This document shows positions 29,566-39,318 of a stretch of 47,870 bases of DNA, piece by piece. A program made the translations under genes and the position numbers. Below the pieces are notes generated by a model. The model saw nothing but the letters and a program-made list of their open reading frames with translations, was not told the DNA's origin and did no database searches. Each line of letters begins with the position of its first letter. The first letter of the stretch is position 1. The DNA is from a bacterium (GTDB lineage: Bacteria > Desulfobacterota > Anaeroferrophillalia > Anaeroferrophillales > Tharpellaceae). The DNA is taken from NCBI GenBank assembly GCA_029932385.1, contig JAOZQE010000004.1:1-47870 (forward strand), in the 5' to 3' direction.

Positions 29566-29780
29566 GTCTGAAAAAGTCACCTTGTCTGGTGACATTTTAC
29601 CGCCCTGAAATATACATATCAGTTCGCTTGACAACCAGGGATCCGGTTAAACTATCTAAACGCTATCCATTTAATAGAGCTAGAAGAGGTTCAGGTTGTA
29701 AGTTTTTTGATGAAATCTTTACGCATTTGTAATGATTACCGGTTTCCTTTTGGCAGGGGCTTCCAGCCGGCTTTCAAGAT

Positions 29781-29796
29781 TGGCATGTAAGTTGCT
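29781..29796 (+). promoter_or_regulatory. Sigma-54 (-24/-12) promoter candidate for the thiolase-to-bamA operon
   Basis: TGGCAT-GTAAG-TTGCT matches TGGCAC-N5-TTGCW with the GG and GC dinucleotides separated by 10 nt. It lies about 140 nt upstream of the thiolase ATG. Confidence 0.6.
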
Positions 29797-29936
29797 CTTT
29801 TCCTTGAGGGATGAAATATCATGGGTGTCTTGAAAAATTAGAATTTTTGTTTGAGTGCATTTATAATACGTTTAACCTTTGGAAAGGTTCGCGTGTGGAT
29901 ATCCGGTCAATAATATTAACAGGAGAAGAATAGGTT

Positions 29937-31133
29937 ATGAGAAAATTAAGTGATGTAGTTTTTGTCAGTGCAGTGCGGACTCCAATGGGCAGCTTCGGCG
30001 GCACGATGAAAGATATGCAGGTTTATGATATCGGATCTTTTGTGGCGCGTGAAGCTTTGAAACGGGCTAATGTTGAGGGTGATGATATTGGTGAAGCAAT
30101 TATTGGTAACTGTCGTCAGGCGGGTAACCATGTTAATCCGGCTCGTACCGTTGGTCTGAAGGGCGGTTGTGGGCCGCATACGGCCGGGGTTACGATTAAT
30201 ATGGCTTGTCCGGCCGGGATGAAAGCGGCTTCGATGGCAGTTTCGCAGATTGTTCTGGGTCAGGCTGATGTCATTCTTTGTGGTGGGATGGAGTCGATGA
30301 GTACGATTCCATACATGCTTAAAGGAGCACGTTTTGGCGGTTTCAAGATGGGTGATCGTAAACTTGAAGATGGTTGGGGTGACAGCTATGACCCGATTGC
30401 CAAAGTCAGCATGGGCATGACTGCCGAGAATGTTGGTGAAAAATATGGGGTTACGCGGCAGGAGATGGATGAATATGCCGTGCAATCGCATCAGCGGGCG
30501 CAGGCTGCGGCAGATAATGGTTGGTTTGACAATGAGATTATCCCGGTTACTATTCCCGGAACCCGGAAGAAACCCGAGTTTCAGTTTACTGCGGATGAAT
30601 CAATTAAAGGCGGAAGTACGGTTGAAAAACTTGCGAGCTTACGTCCCGCTTTTAAGAAAGAGGGCGGAAAAGTAACTGCCGGTAATTCCTGCGGACTTAC
30701 TGATGGTTCGGCGATGATGGTCGCTATGACTCGGGAAGAGGCCGCAAAACGCGGTGTGAAACCTCTCTTTTCAATGGTTGATTACTGTCAGACTGCAGTC
30801 GATGGTACATTTATGGGTGAAGGTCCGGGTGAAGCGATTCCAAAGGTACTTGATCGTGCTGGAATGACCCTCGGCGATATCGATATTTTTGAGATCAATG
30901 AAGCCTTTGCGGCTCAGGTTTTAGGTAATGTTTCCCGTCTTAACCTCGATACTACGAAGCTCAATATTCATGGTGGTGCCATCGCTTTAGGTCACCCCAC
31001 CGGTTGTAGCGGTGCCCGGATTATGATTTCCCTCTATAACGTCTTGAAGCGACTTGATAAAGAGTTTGGTGTTGCCTCAATCTGTGGTGGTGGTGGCTCG
31101 ACAATGGCAGTTATTCTTAAACGTGAATCTTAA
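29937..31133 (+). CDS. Acetyl-CoA C-acyltransferase (thiolase)
   Basis: Active-site Cys region INMACPAGMKA, and C-terminal NIHGGAIALGHPTGCSGARI and ASICGGGG. Confidence 0.9.
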   Translation: MRKLSDVVFVSAVRTPMGSFGGTMKDMQVYDIGSFVAREALKRANVEGDDIGEAIIGNCRQAGNHVNPARTVGLKGGCGPHTAGVTINMACPAGMKAASMAVSQIVLGQADVILCGGMESMSTIPYMLKGARFGGFKMGDRKLEDGWGDSYDPIAKVSMGMTAENVGEKYGVTRQEMDEYAVQSHQRAQAAADNGWFDNEIIPVTIPGTRKKPEFQFTADESIKGGSTVEKLASLRPAFKKEGGKVTAGNSCGLTDGSAMMVAMTREEAAKRGVKPLFSMVDYCQTAVDGTFMGEGPGEAIPKVLDRAGMTLGDIDIFEINEAFAAQVLGNVSRLNLDTTKLNIHGGAIALGHPTGCSGARIMISLYNVLKRLDKEFGVASICGGGGSTMAVILKRES

Positions 31134-31143
31134 GGAGAAAATT

Positions 31144-31890
31144 ATGTTTGATTTAAAAGGTAAAGTTGCAGTCGTCACCGGCGGCAGCCGCGGAATTGGG
31201 GCCGAAATCGCCCGTCTTTTGGGTTCTCTTGGAGCCAAAGTTGCGGTCAACTATAATAAGAGTGCTGATCAGGCCGAAGCTCTGGTTGAAGAAATTAAGG
31301 CCAAAGGCAGTGACGCACTCGCTTTTCAGGCTGATGTTTCAAGTCTGCCTGATGCTGAAGCTCTGGTAGCCGCGGCCAAAGATAAGTGGGGCACGGTTGA
31401 TATTCTGGTTACCAGTGCCGGGATGAACTGGGATGGAACTATCTGGAAAATGACGGCTGAGCAGTGGCAGAAGGTTATTGATGTCGATCTGACCGGAACT
31501 TTCAACTATATTCGGGCCTGTGCTCCGATTTTCCGGGAGCAGAAATGGGGCCGGATTATTACGATTACTTCGATTAACGGTCTCCGTGGCAAATTCGGTC
31601 AGAGTAATTACTCTGCTGCCAAAGGTGGGGTTATCGCTTTGACCAAAGCGGCGGCCAAGGATCTCGGTAAATACCAGGTTACGGCAAATTCCGTGGCTCC
31701 CGGATTTATCCTGACCGAGATGGGCGAAGCCATGCCGGATGAGTTCAAGCAGATCGCAATTAACGAAGGCGTCATGAAAAAAGCTGGCAAGCCGATCGAT
31801 GTTGCCGGCCTGGTAGCGTTCCTGGCCTCCGATGTCGGTGGTCACATTACCGGTGAAGTTATCAAAGTAGACGGCGGCCAATATATATAG
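31144..31890 (+). CDS. Short-chain dehydrogenase/reductase (FabG-like; candidate 3-hydroxyacyl-CoA dehydrogenase)
   Basis: TGGSRGIG cofactor motif and catalytic S...YSAAK. ATG at 31144; the track ORF has a 30-codon upstream extension overlapping the thiolase. Confidence 0.85.
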   Translation: MFDLKGKVAVVTGGSRGIGAEIARLLGSLGAKVAVNYNKSADQAEALVEEIKAKGSDALAFQADVSSLPDAEALVAAAKDKWGTVDILVTSAGMNWDGTIWKMTAEQWQKVIDVDLTGTFNYIRACAPIFREQKWGRIITITSINGLRGKFGQSNYSAAKGGVIALTKAAAKDLGKYQVTANSVAPGFILTEMGEAMPDEFKQIAINEGVMKKAGKPIDVAGLVAFLASDVGGHITGEVIKVDGGQYI

Positions 31891-31899
31891 GAGTTAATT

Positions 31900-32676
31900 A
31901 TGTCCGATTATAAATTTATTACTTACGAAGTGAAAGAGGGTGCGGCTTATCTAACGATTAACCGGCCGCCGTTGAACTGGCTTGATATTGCGACTATGGC
32001 CGAGATGAACCAGGCATTGGATACGGTGCTTACCGCCGGGCCTGAACTCAAAGTTCTGGTGATCCAGGCTGCCGGCAATAAAGCTTTCTCGGTTGGTGTT
32101 GATGTCAGTGATCACTCGGAAGATAAAGTTGATCTTATGATCTCGACTTTTCACGGGATTTTTCGTCGCCTTGATCGGATTGAAATTCCGACGATTGCGG
32201 CAGTTCATGGTGCGGTTTTAGGCGGCGGTTGTGAAGTTGCTCTCTTCTGCGATATGATTCTGGCGACCGAGAAGATTAAAATTGGTCAGCCGGAGATTAA
32301 ACTTGCGGTCTTTCCGCCGATCGCCGTTGCGGCGCTCCCCAATATTGTCGGCCCGAAAAAAGCCTATGAGATTATCCTGGGTGGCGAAGCTCTGCGTGCC
32401 GATGCGGCTTTGGCCTGCGGCCTGGTTAATAAAGTAGTGCCGGTTGATGATTTTGCGAGTGAACTTGATAAGTTTGTCAAGGTTTTTACGGCAATCAGTA
32501 CCTCAGCTTTGAAATCAACCAAGCGCGCCCTGAAAGCCGCCGCTGGTAAACCTTTCAGCGCGGCGTTAGATACCGTCGAAGGTTCTTATCTTAATGACTG
32601 TATGCGTAATGAAGATGCCCGGGAAGGAATTAACTCTTTTCTTGAAGAGCGTAAACCAGTCTGGAAGAATAAATAA
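31900..32676 (+). CDS. Enoyl-CoA hydratase (crotonase) family; candidate cyclohexa-1,5-diene-1-carbonyl-CoA hydratase (Dch/BamR-like)
   Basis: Crotonase fold (AFSVGVDV, AAVHGAVLGGGCE); 258 aa. The specific assignment rests on the position immediately upstream of had-like and bamA genes. Confidence 0.65.
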   Translation: MSDYKFITYEVKEGAAYLTINRPPLNWLDIATMAEMNQALDTVLTAGPELKVLVIQAAGNKAFSVGVDVSDHSEDKVDLMISTFHGIFRRLDRIEIPTIAAVHGAVLGGGCEVALFCDMILATEKIKIGQPEIKLAVFPPIAVAALPNIVGPKKAYEIILGGEALRADAALACGLVNKVVPVDDFASELDKFVKVFTAISTSALKSTKRALKAAAGKPFSAALDTVEGSYLNDCMRNEDAREGINSFLEERKPVWKNK

Positions 32677-32698
32677 ACTGCAACATCAGGAGGGGAAA

Positions 32699-33790
32699 AT
32701 GTCTAAAGTTCCTGCAAAAATTAAAACCTGGCAAATGGTAAAACCGGGTGAGTTAAAGTTGACGGAAATCGATATGCCGGAAATTAAAGCCGGTGAAGTC
32801 TGTGTCAAGATTGCCGGTTGCGGCATCTGCCATACCGACCTCGGTTTCTTTTATGATGGTGTTCCGACCGTGAATGAACCGCCCCTGACCTTAGGCCATG
32901 AGATCAGCGGAACCGTGATCGGTGGTGATGCCGAGATGATCGGCAAAGAGGTCATTATCCCGGCGGTTATGCCCTGTAATGAGTGTGAAATCTGCAAAAT
33001 GGGTCGTGGTAACCGTTGTCTGAAACAGAAAATGCCGGGTAACAGTATTGGCATGTATGGCGGTTTTTCCAGCCATATTGTGGTTCCGACTGCCGGTCTT
33101 TGTGTTATTGAAAACCGGGGCGAACGGCCTTTGTCACATTATGCCGTTATCGCTGATGCCGCCACGACTCCATATCAGGCGGCGATTCGGGCGGAACTGG
33201 ATAAACCCTATTTTGCTGATGGTGATCTGGTCGTAGTCACCGGCGCCGGTGGTGGCGTTGGTACTTATATGACGCAGATCGCTAAAGCCATGGGGGCTCG
33301 GGTGGTGATAGCAATTGATATCGATGATGAAAAACTTGAACGAGCTCTCAAATATGGGGCTGACTTGACGATTAATCCAATCGGTAAATCGAGTAAAGAT
33401 GTTAAAGGTATCATTAAAGCTTACTGTAAAGAGCAAGGTGTGCCGCATAATTATGGTTGGAAGATCTTTGAGTGCTCCGGGAGTAAACCGGGACAGGCTT
33501 TGGCCCTTGATCTGCTTTCCTTTGTCGGTAAGCTCATTGTGGTTGGTTTTTCGATGGCAAAACACGAGTATATGATCTCGAAACTGATGGCATTTGATGC
33601 CGAAATGATCGGGACCTGGGGTTGTCACCCGAAATACTATCCGCCGGTTCTCGAAATGGTGCAGAGCGGTAAAGTTGAGATCGACGCATTTCTTGAAACC
33701 CGGCCGATGAGCACGATCAAAGAGTCCTTTGCCGAGGTGCATGCGGCTCCGATCAGCCGTCGGATTGTTCTGATACCGGATTTTGATTAA
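32699..33790 (+). CDS. Zn-dependent alcohol dehydrogenase family; candidate 6-hydroxycyclohex-1-ene-1-carbonyl-CoA dehydrogenase (Had/BamQ-like)
   Basis: GICHTD and GHEISG Zn-ADH motifs, structural-Zn cysteines CNECEICKMGRGNRC, and a Rossmann VVTGAGGGVG. ATG at 32699 follows AGGAGGGG. Confidence 0.65.
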   Translation: MSKVPAKIKTWQMVKPGELKLTEIDMPEIKAGEVCVKIAGCGICHTDLGFFYDGVPTVNEPPLTLGHEISGTVIGGDAEMIGKEVIIPAVMPCNECEICKMGRGNRCLKQKMPGNSIGMYGGFSSHIVVPTAGLCVIENRGERPLSHYAVIADAATTPYQAAIRAELDKPYFADGDLVVVTGAGGGVGTYMTQIAKAMGARVVIAIDIDDEKLERALKYGADLTINPIGKSSKDVKGIIKAYCKEQGVPHNYGWKIFECSGSKPGQALALDLLSFVGKLIVVGFSMAKHEYMISKLMAFDAEMIGTWGCHPKYYPPVLEMVQSGKVEIDAFLETRPMSTIKESFAEVHAAPISRRIVLIPDFD

Positions 33791-33904
33791 TAGAGCAGTT
33801 AACGCGGGCGTTGTCTGCAGGGGAATTACCTTTATCAGCTTATTTTCCTGTTAAAAAAACAAGCAAATAATTTGTAAGTTACTAAATATTTTAAGGAGAA
33901 AGAA

Positions 33905-35041
33905 ATGTCATTAGATTGGATTCCGAGAGAGAACGAACCCAAGAATCACTTTTTGTGGGAAGACGAACATTTTGGTGGTGAAGGCGATGCCCCCTGTACA
34001 ATTTATGAGAAACGTCCGGTTGTTGATCCGAAAGGAAATGAAGTCAAAGGGCTCTACACTGCCTGGATTATTCTTAATAATCCGCGTCAGTTCAACTCCT
34101 ATACCACCGAGATGGTTAAAGGTGTAATTGCCGGTTTCCAGCGGGCATCTGCCGATCGTCAGGTGGTGGCCGCAATTTTTACGGCAGTCGGCGATAAAGC
34201 TTTCTGTACCGGCGGGAATACCAAAGAGTATGCTGAATACTACTCCAAACGGCCCCAGGAGTATGGCGACTATATGGATCTCTTCAACGGAATGGTTGAT
34301 GCGATCTTAAACTGCAAAAAACCGACTATCTGTCGGATTAACGGGATGCGGGTTGCCGGTGGCCAGGAGATTGGCATGGCAACTGATTTGTCCATCTCTT
34401 CTGATCTGGCAATTCTGGGTCAGGCCGGGCCCAAGCATGGTTCAGCCCCGGACGGCGGTTCGACCGATTTTCTCCCCTGGTACTTAGGTATAGAAGAGGC
34501 GATGTGGAATTGTGTCTCCTGTGAAATGTGGAGCGCCTACAAAATGAAACGTTTAGGCTTGCTCTCCAAAGTTGTTCCGGTTATCAAAGATGGTGAAAAA
34601 TGGGTGCGCAATCCATTGGTTGAGGTTGATAAATGGGTTGATGATGGTGAAATTGTTTACGGTGAGTTTAAGACTGGAGCCGCAGCTAAAGAGGCTCGTG
34701 CCTACATTAAGAACGCGACCCTGGATCTCTCTCTGCTTGACGAAGCGATTGATGAGATTGTTTGGAAATTTGCCAACTTGATGCCGCACTGTCTCGTGAA
34801 ATCGGTTGACGGTGTTCGCGCCAAGAAGAAATTCTTCTGGGATCAGGCAAAATTGCCGAATCGTCACTGGCTTGCTGCTAACATGAACTACGAAGCCTAT
34901 ATGGGCTTTAATGCATTCAATACCAAGAAGATTACCGGTCAGGACACGATTGACTTCATCAAATATCGCCAACTCGTTGGCGAAGGTCAAGAGATCGGTG
35001 AAGCCTTATACGAACAGATCTTCGGAACTCCGCAAGAGTAG
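33905..35041 (+). CDS. bamA: 6-oxocyclohex-1-ene-1-carbonyl-CoA hydrolase (ring-cleaving; BamA/Oah)
   Basis: 378-aa extended crotonase with QFNSYTTEMVKG, AFCTGGNTKEYAEYY and GGQEIGMA. The QxNSYTT and GQEIGM stretches are what I recall the widely used bamA marker primers encoding. Confidence 0.85.
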   Translation: MSLDWIPRENEPKNHFLWEDEHFGGEGDAPCTIYEKRPVVDPKGNEVKGLYTAWIILNNPRQFNSYTTEMVKGVIAGFQRASADRQVVAAIFTAVGDKAFCTGGNTKEYAEYYSKRPQEYGDYMDLFNGMVDAILNCKKPTICRINGMRVAGGQEIGMATDLSISSDLAILGQAGPKHGSAPDGGSTDFLPWYLGIEEAMWNCVSCEMWSAYKMKRLGLLSKVVPVIKDGEKWVRNPLVEVDKWVDDGEIVYGEFKTGAAAKEARAYIKNATLDLSLLDEAIDEIVWKFANLMPHCLVKSVDGVRAKKKFFWDQAKLPNRHWLAANMNYEAYMGFNAFNTKKITGQDTIDFIKYRQLVGEGQEIGEALYEQIFGTPQE

Positions 35042-35075
35042 TCTTCTTAAACATTTTAACTGTAGTTGTTAGCCA

Positions 35076-35110
35076 AAGGGCGGGATATTAAATCCCGCCC
35101 TTTTTATTTT
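35076..35110 (+). terminator. Rho-independent terminator after bamA
   Basis: AAAGGGCGGGAT-ATTAA-ATCCCGCCCTTTTTATTTT. Confidence 0.8.
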
Positions 35111-35195
35111 GACTTTGTTTGACGACTTGTGTAGCGTGGTTGGGTTCGATAGAAATTTTCTTGATTGCTTTAATAAAATTCGAAGGCTATTTTTT

Positions 35196-37874
35196 ATGTC
35201 AAAACTACTCTGTCTGATCGATATCAGTGCTTTGATACACCGGGCTTTTCACGCTATCAGGCCCTTGACTACCGCCAGTGGGCAGCCCACTAATGCCCTG
35301 TTCGGTCTTTGTCAGATGTTAATGAAAGTGCTGAATGATTTTCAGCCGACGCATGTGGCGGCAGCTCTTGACTTGAAAGGAAAAACCTGGCGTCATGAGC
35401 TCTTTCCGGCTTACAAAGCCCAGCGTTCGGAACCGGATCCGGATCTGGTTGCCCAGTTTCCGCTGGTACCCAGGCTTTTAGAGGCGTTCTCCTTGTCCGC
35501 AATCGGGGTTCCCGGTTATGAGGCGGACGATATCATTGCAACTCTGACCAGGCGTGGTTTGGCGGCCGGTTTTGAGGTTATGATTATCTCCGGAGACAAG
35601 GACCTTATGAGTCTGGTCGGGGATAACGTTGTGATGATCGATACGATGAAGAACAAGCGTTATGACCTTGACGCGGTTAAGGAGCGCCATGGAGTTACCG
35701 GCGAGCGTCTGCTCGATCTTCTGGCGCTGGCCGGTGACAGCGCTGATAATATTCCGGGAGTGCCGGGGATCGGCCCCAAAAGTGCATTAAAACTTCTCGC
35801 AGATTTTGGCGATCTCGACAATATTTTATTAAAGGCGGATGCGATTGAACGTAAAGGCTGGCGCGAAAAAATGCTGGCGCATAAGGATGAAGCACTGCTT
35901 TCTCGTCGTCTGGTTACTCTGTCGGATGAGGTTGAGGTTGGACTCGGGGATGAACTTGAAGAACTTATGTGTCGTGAGGTCGATAGCGAAGCCTTAAGTG
36001 AGATTTTTGCCGAGCTAGAATTTCATACGTTGAGCCGTCGTTTAAGCCCACTTAAAACAATAAGCCGGGACGGTTATCGTCTGATTGAGACGCCGGAAAA
36101 ATTTTCATCGCTGCTTGATGAGCTTGTCGGGGTTAAGGTTCTGGCGGTTGATACGGAGACCACCTCGGTTAACCCGATGGCTGCGGAATTGGTCGGGATA
36201 TCGCTGGCCTGGAATAAAACAGATGCGGTTTATATTCCGGTGGGGCATGTTGAAACTGATAATGGTGCAGTGATCCAGCTTGATAAGGATTTGGTATTTA
36301 CTGGCTTGCGCCCTATTTTTACCGATGTGAGCGTGAAAAAATGGGGGCAAAATATAAAATATGATGCGATTGTCTTAAAACGATCTGGTCTGGATCTTAA
36401 AGGGATCAATTTTGATTCAATGATTGTTTCCTACCTGGTTGATCCGACCCGGCATCGGCACGGCCTGGACGCATTGTCAGTTGAGTATTTAGGTCACACA
36501 CCAATTTCATTTAAAGAGGTGGTTGGTACGGGACGGAATCAGGTGACGATTGATAAAATTGCTCCGGCAGAAGTCGCGGATTATGCATGTGAAGATGCGC
36601 AACTGGCCTATCTTCTGTCACAGTTGCTGGCACCAAAATTGAAAGAGGGAGAACTTGAAGAGCTTTTTGTAAAAATTGAAAGGCCTCTGATTGAAGTCTT
36701 ATTGCGAATGGAGATGACCGGGGTTTATCTTGACATTGAACTGCTTAATAAAACTGCAGCAGACTACGGTGAACGTCTGCAAAAAATGGCGGCTGAGGTT
36801 TATGCGGCGGCGGGTGAGGAATTTAATATAAATTCACCGAAACAGTTGGCGGTAATCCTTTTTGACAAGTTACATCTGCCGGTCTTGAAGAAGACCAAAA
36901 CCGGGCCTTCAACTGCGCTCGAGGTTCTCGAACGGCTGGCAGACGAACATCCGCTGCCGGCGAAAATTCTTGCGTATCGGTCGTTGTCAAAACTGATTTC
37001 GACTTATCTTGAGGCTCTGCCGCGCCTGGTTAATGCGGAGACCGGGCGGGTACATACTTCCTATAATCAAGCCGTAACTGCGACCGGCCGGCTCTCTTCG
37101 TCTGACCCCAATCTTCAGAATATTCCAATTCGCGGTGAAGACGGGGCCGTGATTCGTCAGGCATTTATCGGTAAAGGCGAGAATCTGATTCTGGCGGCGG
37201 ATTACTCGCAGATAGAACTCAGAATCCTGGCTCATTTTTCCGGTGATCCGGCGCTGGTGGATGCTTTTAAGAAGGGCGATGATATTCATACGCGGACCGC
37301 GACCGAAGTTTTTCAGGTTCTGCCGATGATGGTAACTCCGGAGATGCGGCGTCAGGCGAAAGCCATCAATTTCGGTCTGGTTTACGGGATGGGAGCCCAT
37401 CGTCTGGCCCGGGAGCTTGATATTGACAGAAAAACCGCAAAAGCTTATATAGAGGGTTATTTTGCCGCTTACGCGGGCGTGAAAAAGTATTTTGAGAAGG
37501 TCGTGGCTGAGGCCGGAAGGCGAGAGTATGTAACCACCCTTTTTAAACGGCGGCGCTACATCCCGGAGATCAACAGTAAAAATCATAATTTAAGGGAGAT
37601 GGCTCGGCGTACCGCCTTAAATACACCGATTCAGGGTACGGCCGCAGATCTGATTAAGCTGGCGATGGTGATTATTGATCAGCGCCTGCGGGAAAAAAAG
37701 TGGCAGAGTAAAATGATTATGCAGGTTCACGATGAACTGGTATTTGAAGTCCCGCCGGCCGAAGTTGATGCTTTAACCCTGATGGTACGCAAAGAGATGG
37801 CCGAAGTCTGGCCCTTGAAAGTTCCGCTCGTCGTTGATATCGGGGTAGGAAAAAACTGGCGCGAAGCCCACTAG
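35196..37874 (+). CDS. polA: DNA polymerase I
   Basis: 5'-nuclease N-terminus (LLCLIDISALIHRAFHA), 3'-5' exo region (LAVDTETTS) and polymerase motifs (RRQAKAINFGLVYGM, QVHDELVFE). ATG at 35196; the track ORF has a 29-codon extension. Confidence 0.95.
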   Translation: MSKLLCLIDISALIHRAFHAIRPLTTASGQPTNALFGLCQMLMKVLNDFQPTHVAAALDLKGKTWRHELFPAYKAQRSEPDPDLVAQFPLVPRLLEAFSLSAIGVPGYEADDIIATLTRRGLAAGFEVMIISGDKDLMSLVGDNVVMIDTMKNKRYDLDAVKERHGVTGERLLDLLALAGDSADNIPGVPGIGPKSALKLLADFGDLDNILLKADAIERKGWREKMLAHKDEALLSRRLVTLSDEVEVGLGDELEELMCREVDSEALSEIFAELEFHTLSRRLSPLKTISRDGYRLIETPEKFSSLLDELVGVKVLAVDTETTSVNPMAAELVGISLAWNKTDAVYIPVGHVETDNGAVIQLDKDLVFTGLRPIFTDVSVKKWGQNIKYDAIVLKRSGLDLKGINFDSMIVSYLVDPTRHRHGLDALSVEYLGHTPISFKEVVGTGRNQVTIDKIAPAEVADYACEDAQLAYLLSQLLAPKLKEGELEELFVKIERPLIEVLLRMEMTGVYLDIELLNKTAADYGERLQKMAAEVYAAAGEEFNINSPKQLAVILFDKLHLPVLKKTKTGPSTALEVLERLADEHPLPAKILAYRSLSKLISTYLEALPRLVNAETGRVHTSYNQAVTATGRLSSSDPNLQNIPIRGEDGAVIRQAFIGKGENLILAADYSQIELRILAHFSGDPALVDAFKKGDDIHTRTATEVFQVLPMMVTPEMRRQAKAINFGLVYGMGAHRLARELDIDRKTAKAYIEGYFAAYAGVKKYFEKVVAEAGRREYVTTLFKRRRYIPEINSKNHNLREMARRTALNTPIQGTAADLIKLAMVIIDQRLREKKWQSKMIMQVHDELVFEVPPAEVDALTLMVRKEMAEVWPLKVPLVVDIGVGKNWREAH

Positions 37875-37962
37875 AAACTGTCTGGGAAAAAAGGCAATTT
37901 TTCAAGGTACCCAAGTAACATCAGTTTCAGTTTGTCTATGGCTAATATTATAGGTTGATTTT

Positions 37963-39246
37963 ATGACATCATTTCAAGAAACTCTCGACTATCTCTACGG
38001 ACTCGAGCATTTTGGTATCAGTCTTGGTCTCGAGAATATTAATGAGCTTTGTACTGCCTGCGGAAATCCGCAGAACAAGTTGTGTGTCGTGCATGTCGCC
38101 GGGAGTAACGGTAAGGGTTCGACGATTGCGTTCTTAAAACAGTTGTTACGTGCGCACGGGCTTTCAGTCGGGGTCTACAGTTCACCTCATCTGCGTCATT
38201 TTTCCGAGCGGATTGTGATTGATGAGACTCTAATCAGTGAAGCTGAGATTGTGGCCCTGACCCGTAAACTGCGACCGATTGTTGAAAAGATTCCCCGGAT
38301 TGTTACATTCTTTGATTTTACAACCTGTATGGCACTGCTCCATTTTGCCGATAAATTCCCCGATATTGTTCTGCTTGAAACCGGTCTCGGTGGGCGTCTT
38401 GATGCTACTAACGTTGTCCGAGAGCCACTATTGACGATGATTACCAATATTGCTCTAGAGCATGAAGAATACTTGGGTTCGACTCTGCTTGAGGTAGCCA
38501 CCGAAAAGGCTGGTATCTTAAAGCCGGGGGTACCTCTGGTTTCCGGGGTAAAAAAAGGTAAAATTCGTGATTTTATGGCAGAAAAACAGCGGGAAATGGC
38601 GGCTGCAAGTGATTTTCTCGGGCGTGATTTTCGACTCCGGCGGGCGGCTGACGGTACTTTTTCCTATTATGGGGTGGAATATCAGTTTCCCGGCTTAAAG
38701 ATCAGTATGTTCGGACGGCATCAGCAGGATAACGCCGCCCTAGCTCTGCGGGCTCTGGAATCATTGGCCCATGAAGGGTTATTCGAGATAGAATCCGATT
38801 CAGTAGTTGAGGCGTTGTTACAGGTGAGCTGGCCCGGACGTTTGCAGAAGGTCGCCAGCTCTCCTGACATCTATCTGGATGGGGCTCATAACCCGCACGG
38901 GATTCGGGCTCTAGTCCCCGAGCTTGAACGCTTAAAGGGTGACCGGCACTTGATTTTACTGCTGGGAGTGATGAAGGACAAACGAATTAAAGAGATGACC
39001 TCCAGATTGGCACCCCTGGCTGATGAGATAATTGTCACTCAGGCCCCTCTGGATCGAGCCTGTTTGCCGGAACGATTGGCCGAAGAAATTAGAATTCATT
39101 GTCCAAAAGTAACTGTAACCGATTCGGTTGCCGATGCCTTGACACTGGCCCGGGAGCGGGCTCAAGCAGAAGATCTTATCTTTTTGACAGGTTCGCTGTA
39201 TTGTGTCGGTGAAGCGTTCAATGTTTTGGATTTACCGGTTATGTAG
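37963..39246 (+). CDS. folC: Bifunctional folylpolyglutamate synthase / dihydrofolate synthase
   Basis: P-loop HVAGSNGKGST and Mur-ligase-family layout (ETGLGGRLDATN, YLDGAHNP). Confidence 0.9.
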   Translation: MTSFQETLDYLYGLEHFGISLGLENINELCTACGNPQNKLCVVHVAGSNGKGSTIAFLKQLLRAHGLSVGVYSSPHLRHFSERIVIDETLISEAEIVALTRKLRPIVEKIPRIVTFFDFTTCMALLHFADKFPDIVLLETGLGGRLDATNVVREPLLTMITNIALEHEEYLGSTLLEVATEKAGILKPGVPLVSGVKKGKIRDFMAEKQREMAAASDFLGRDFRLRRAADGTFSYYGVEYQFPGLKISMFGRHQQDNAALALRALESLAHEGLFEIESDSVVEALLQVSWPGRLQKVASSPDIYLDGAHNPHGIRALVPELERLKGDRHLILLLGVMKDKRIKEMTSRLAPLADEIIVTQAPLDRACLPERLAEEIRIHCPKVTVTDSVADALTLARERAQAEDLIFLTGSLYCVGEAFNVLDLPVM

Positions 39247-39318
39247 TGGCTTAACTTGTTTATCCGGCATCTTCTTGGTCGATCCGGCAGGGTTATTTTA
39301 CATGAAGAGTTTTACTGA

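Noticed and set aside
29423-29732. Two track ORFs (61 and 90 aa) downstream of metK
   Set aside because: They overlap the tRNA-Ser gene and its terminator hairpin. The 'protein' sequence is simply the tRNA read in frame.
35142-35150. GGGTTCGAT near polA resembling the tRNA-Ser T-arm (GGGTTCGAAT), considered as an att-type direct repeat marking the bam operon as a tRNA-inserted island
   Set aside because: Only 8-9 nt match, which is expected by chance in a 48-kb window. There is no integrase and no compositional shift across 29.5-35.1 kb.
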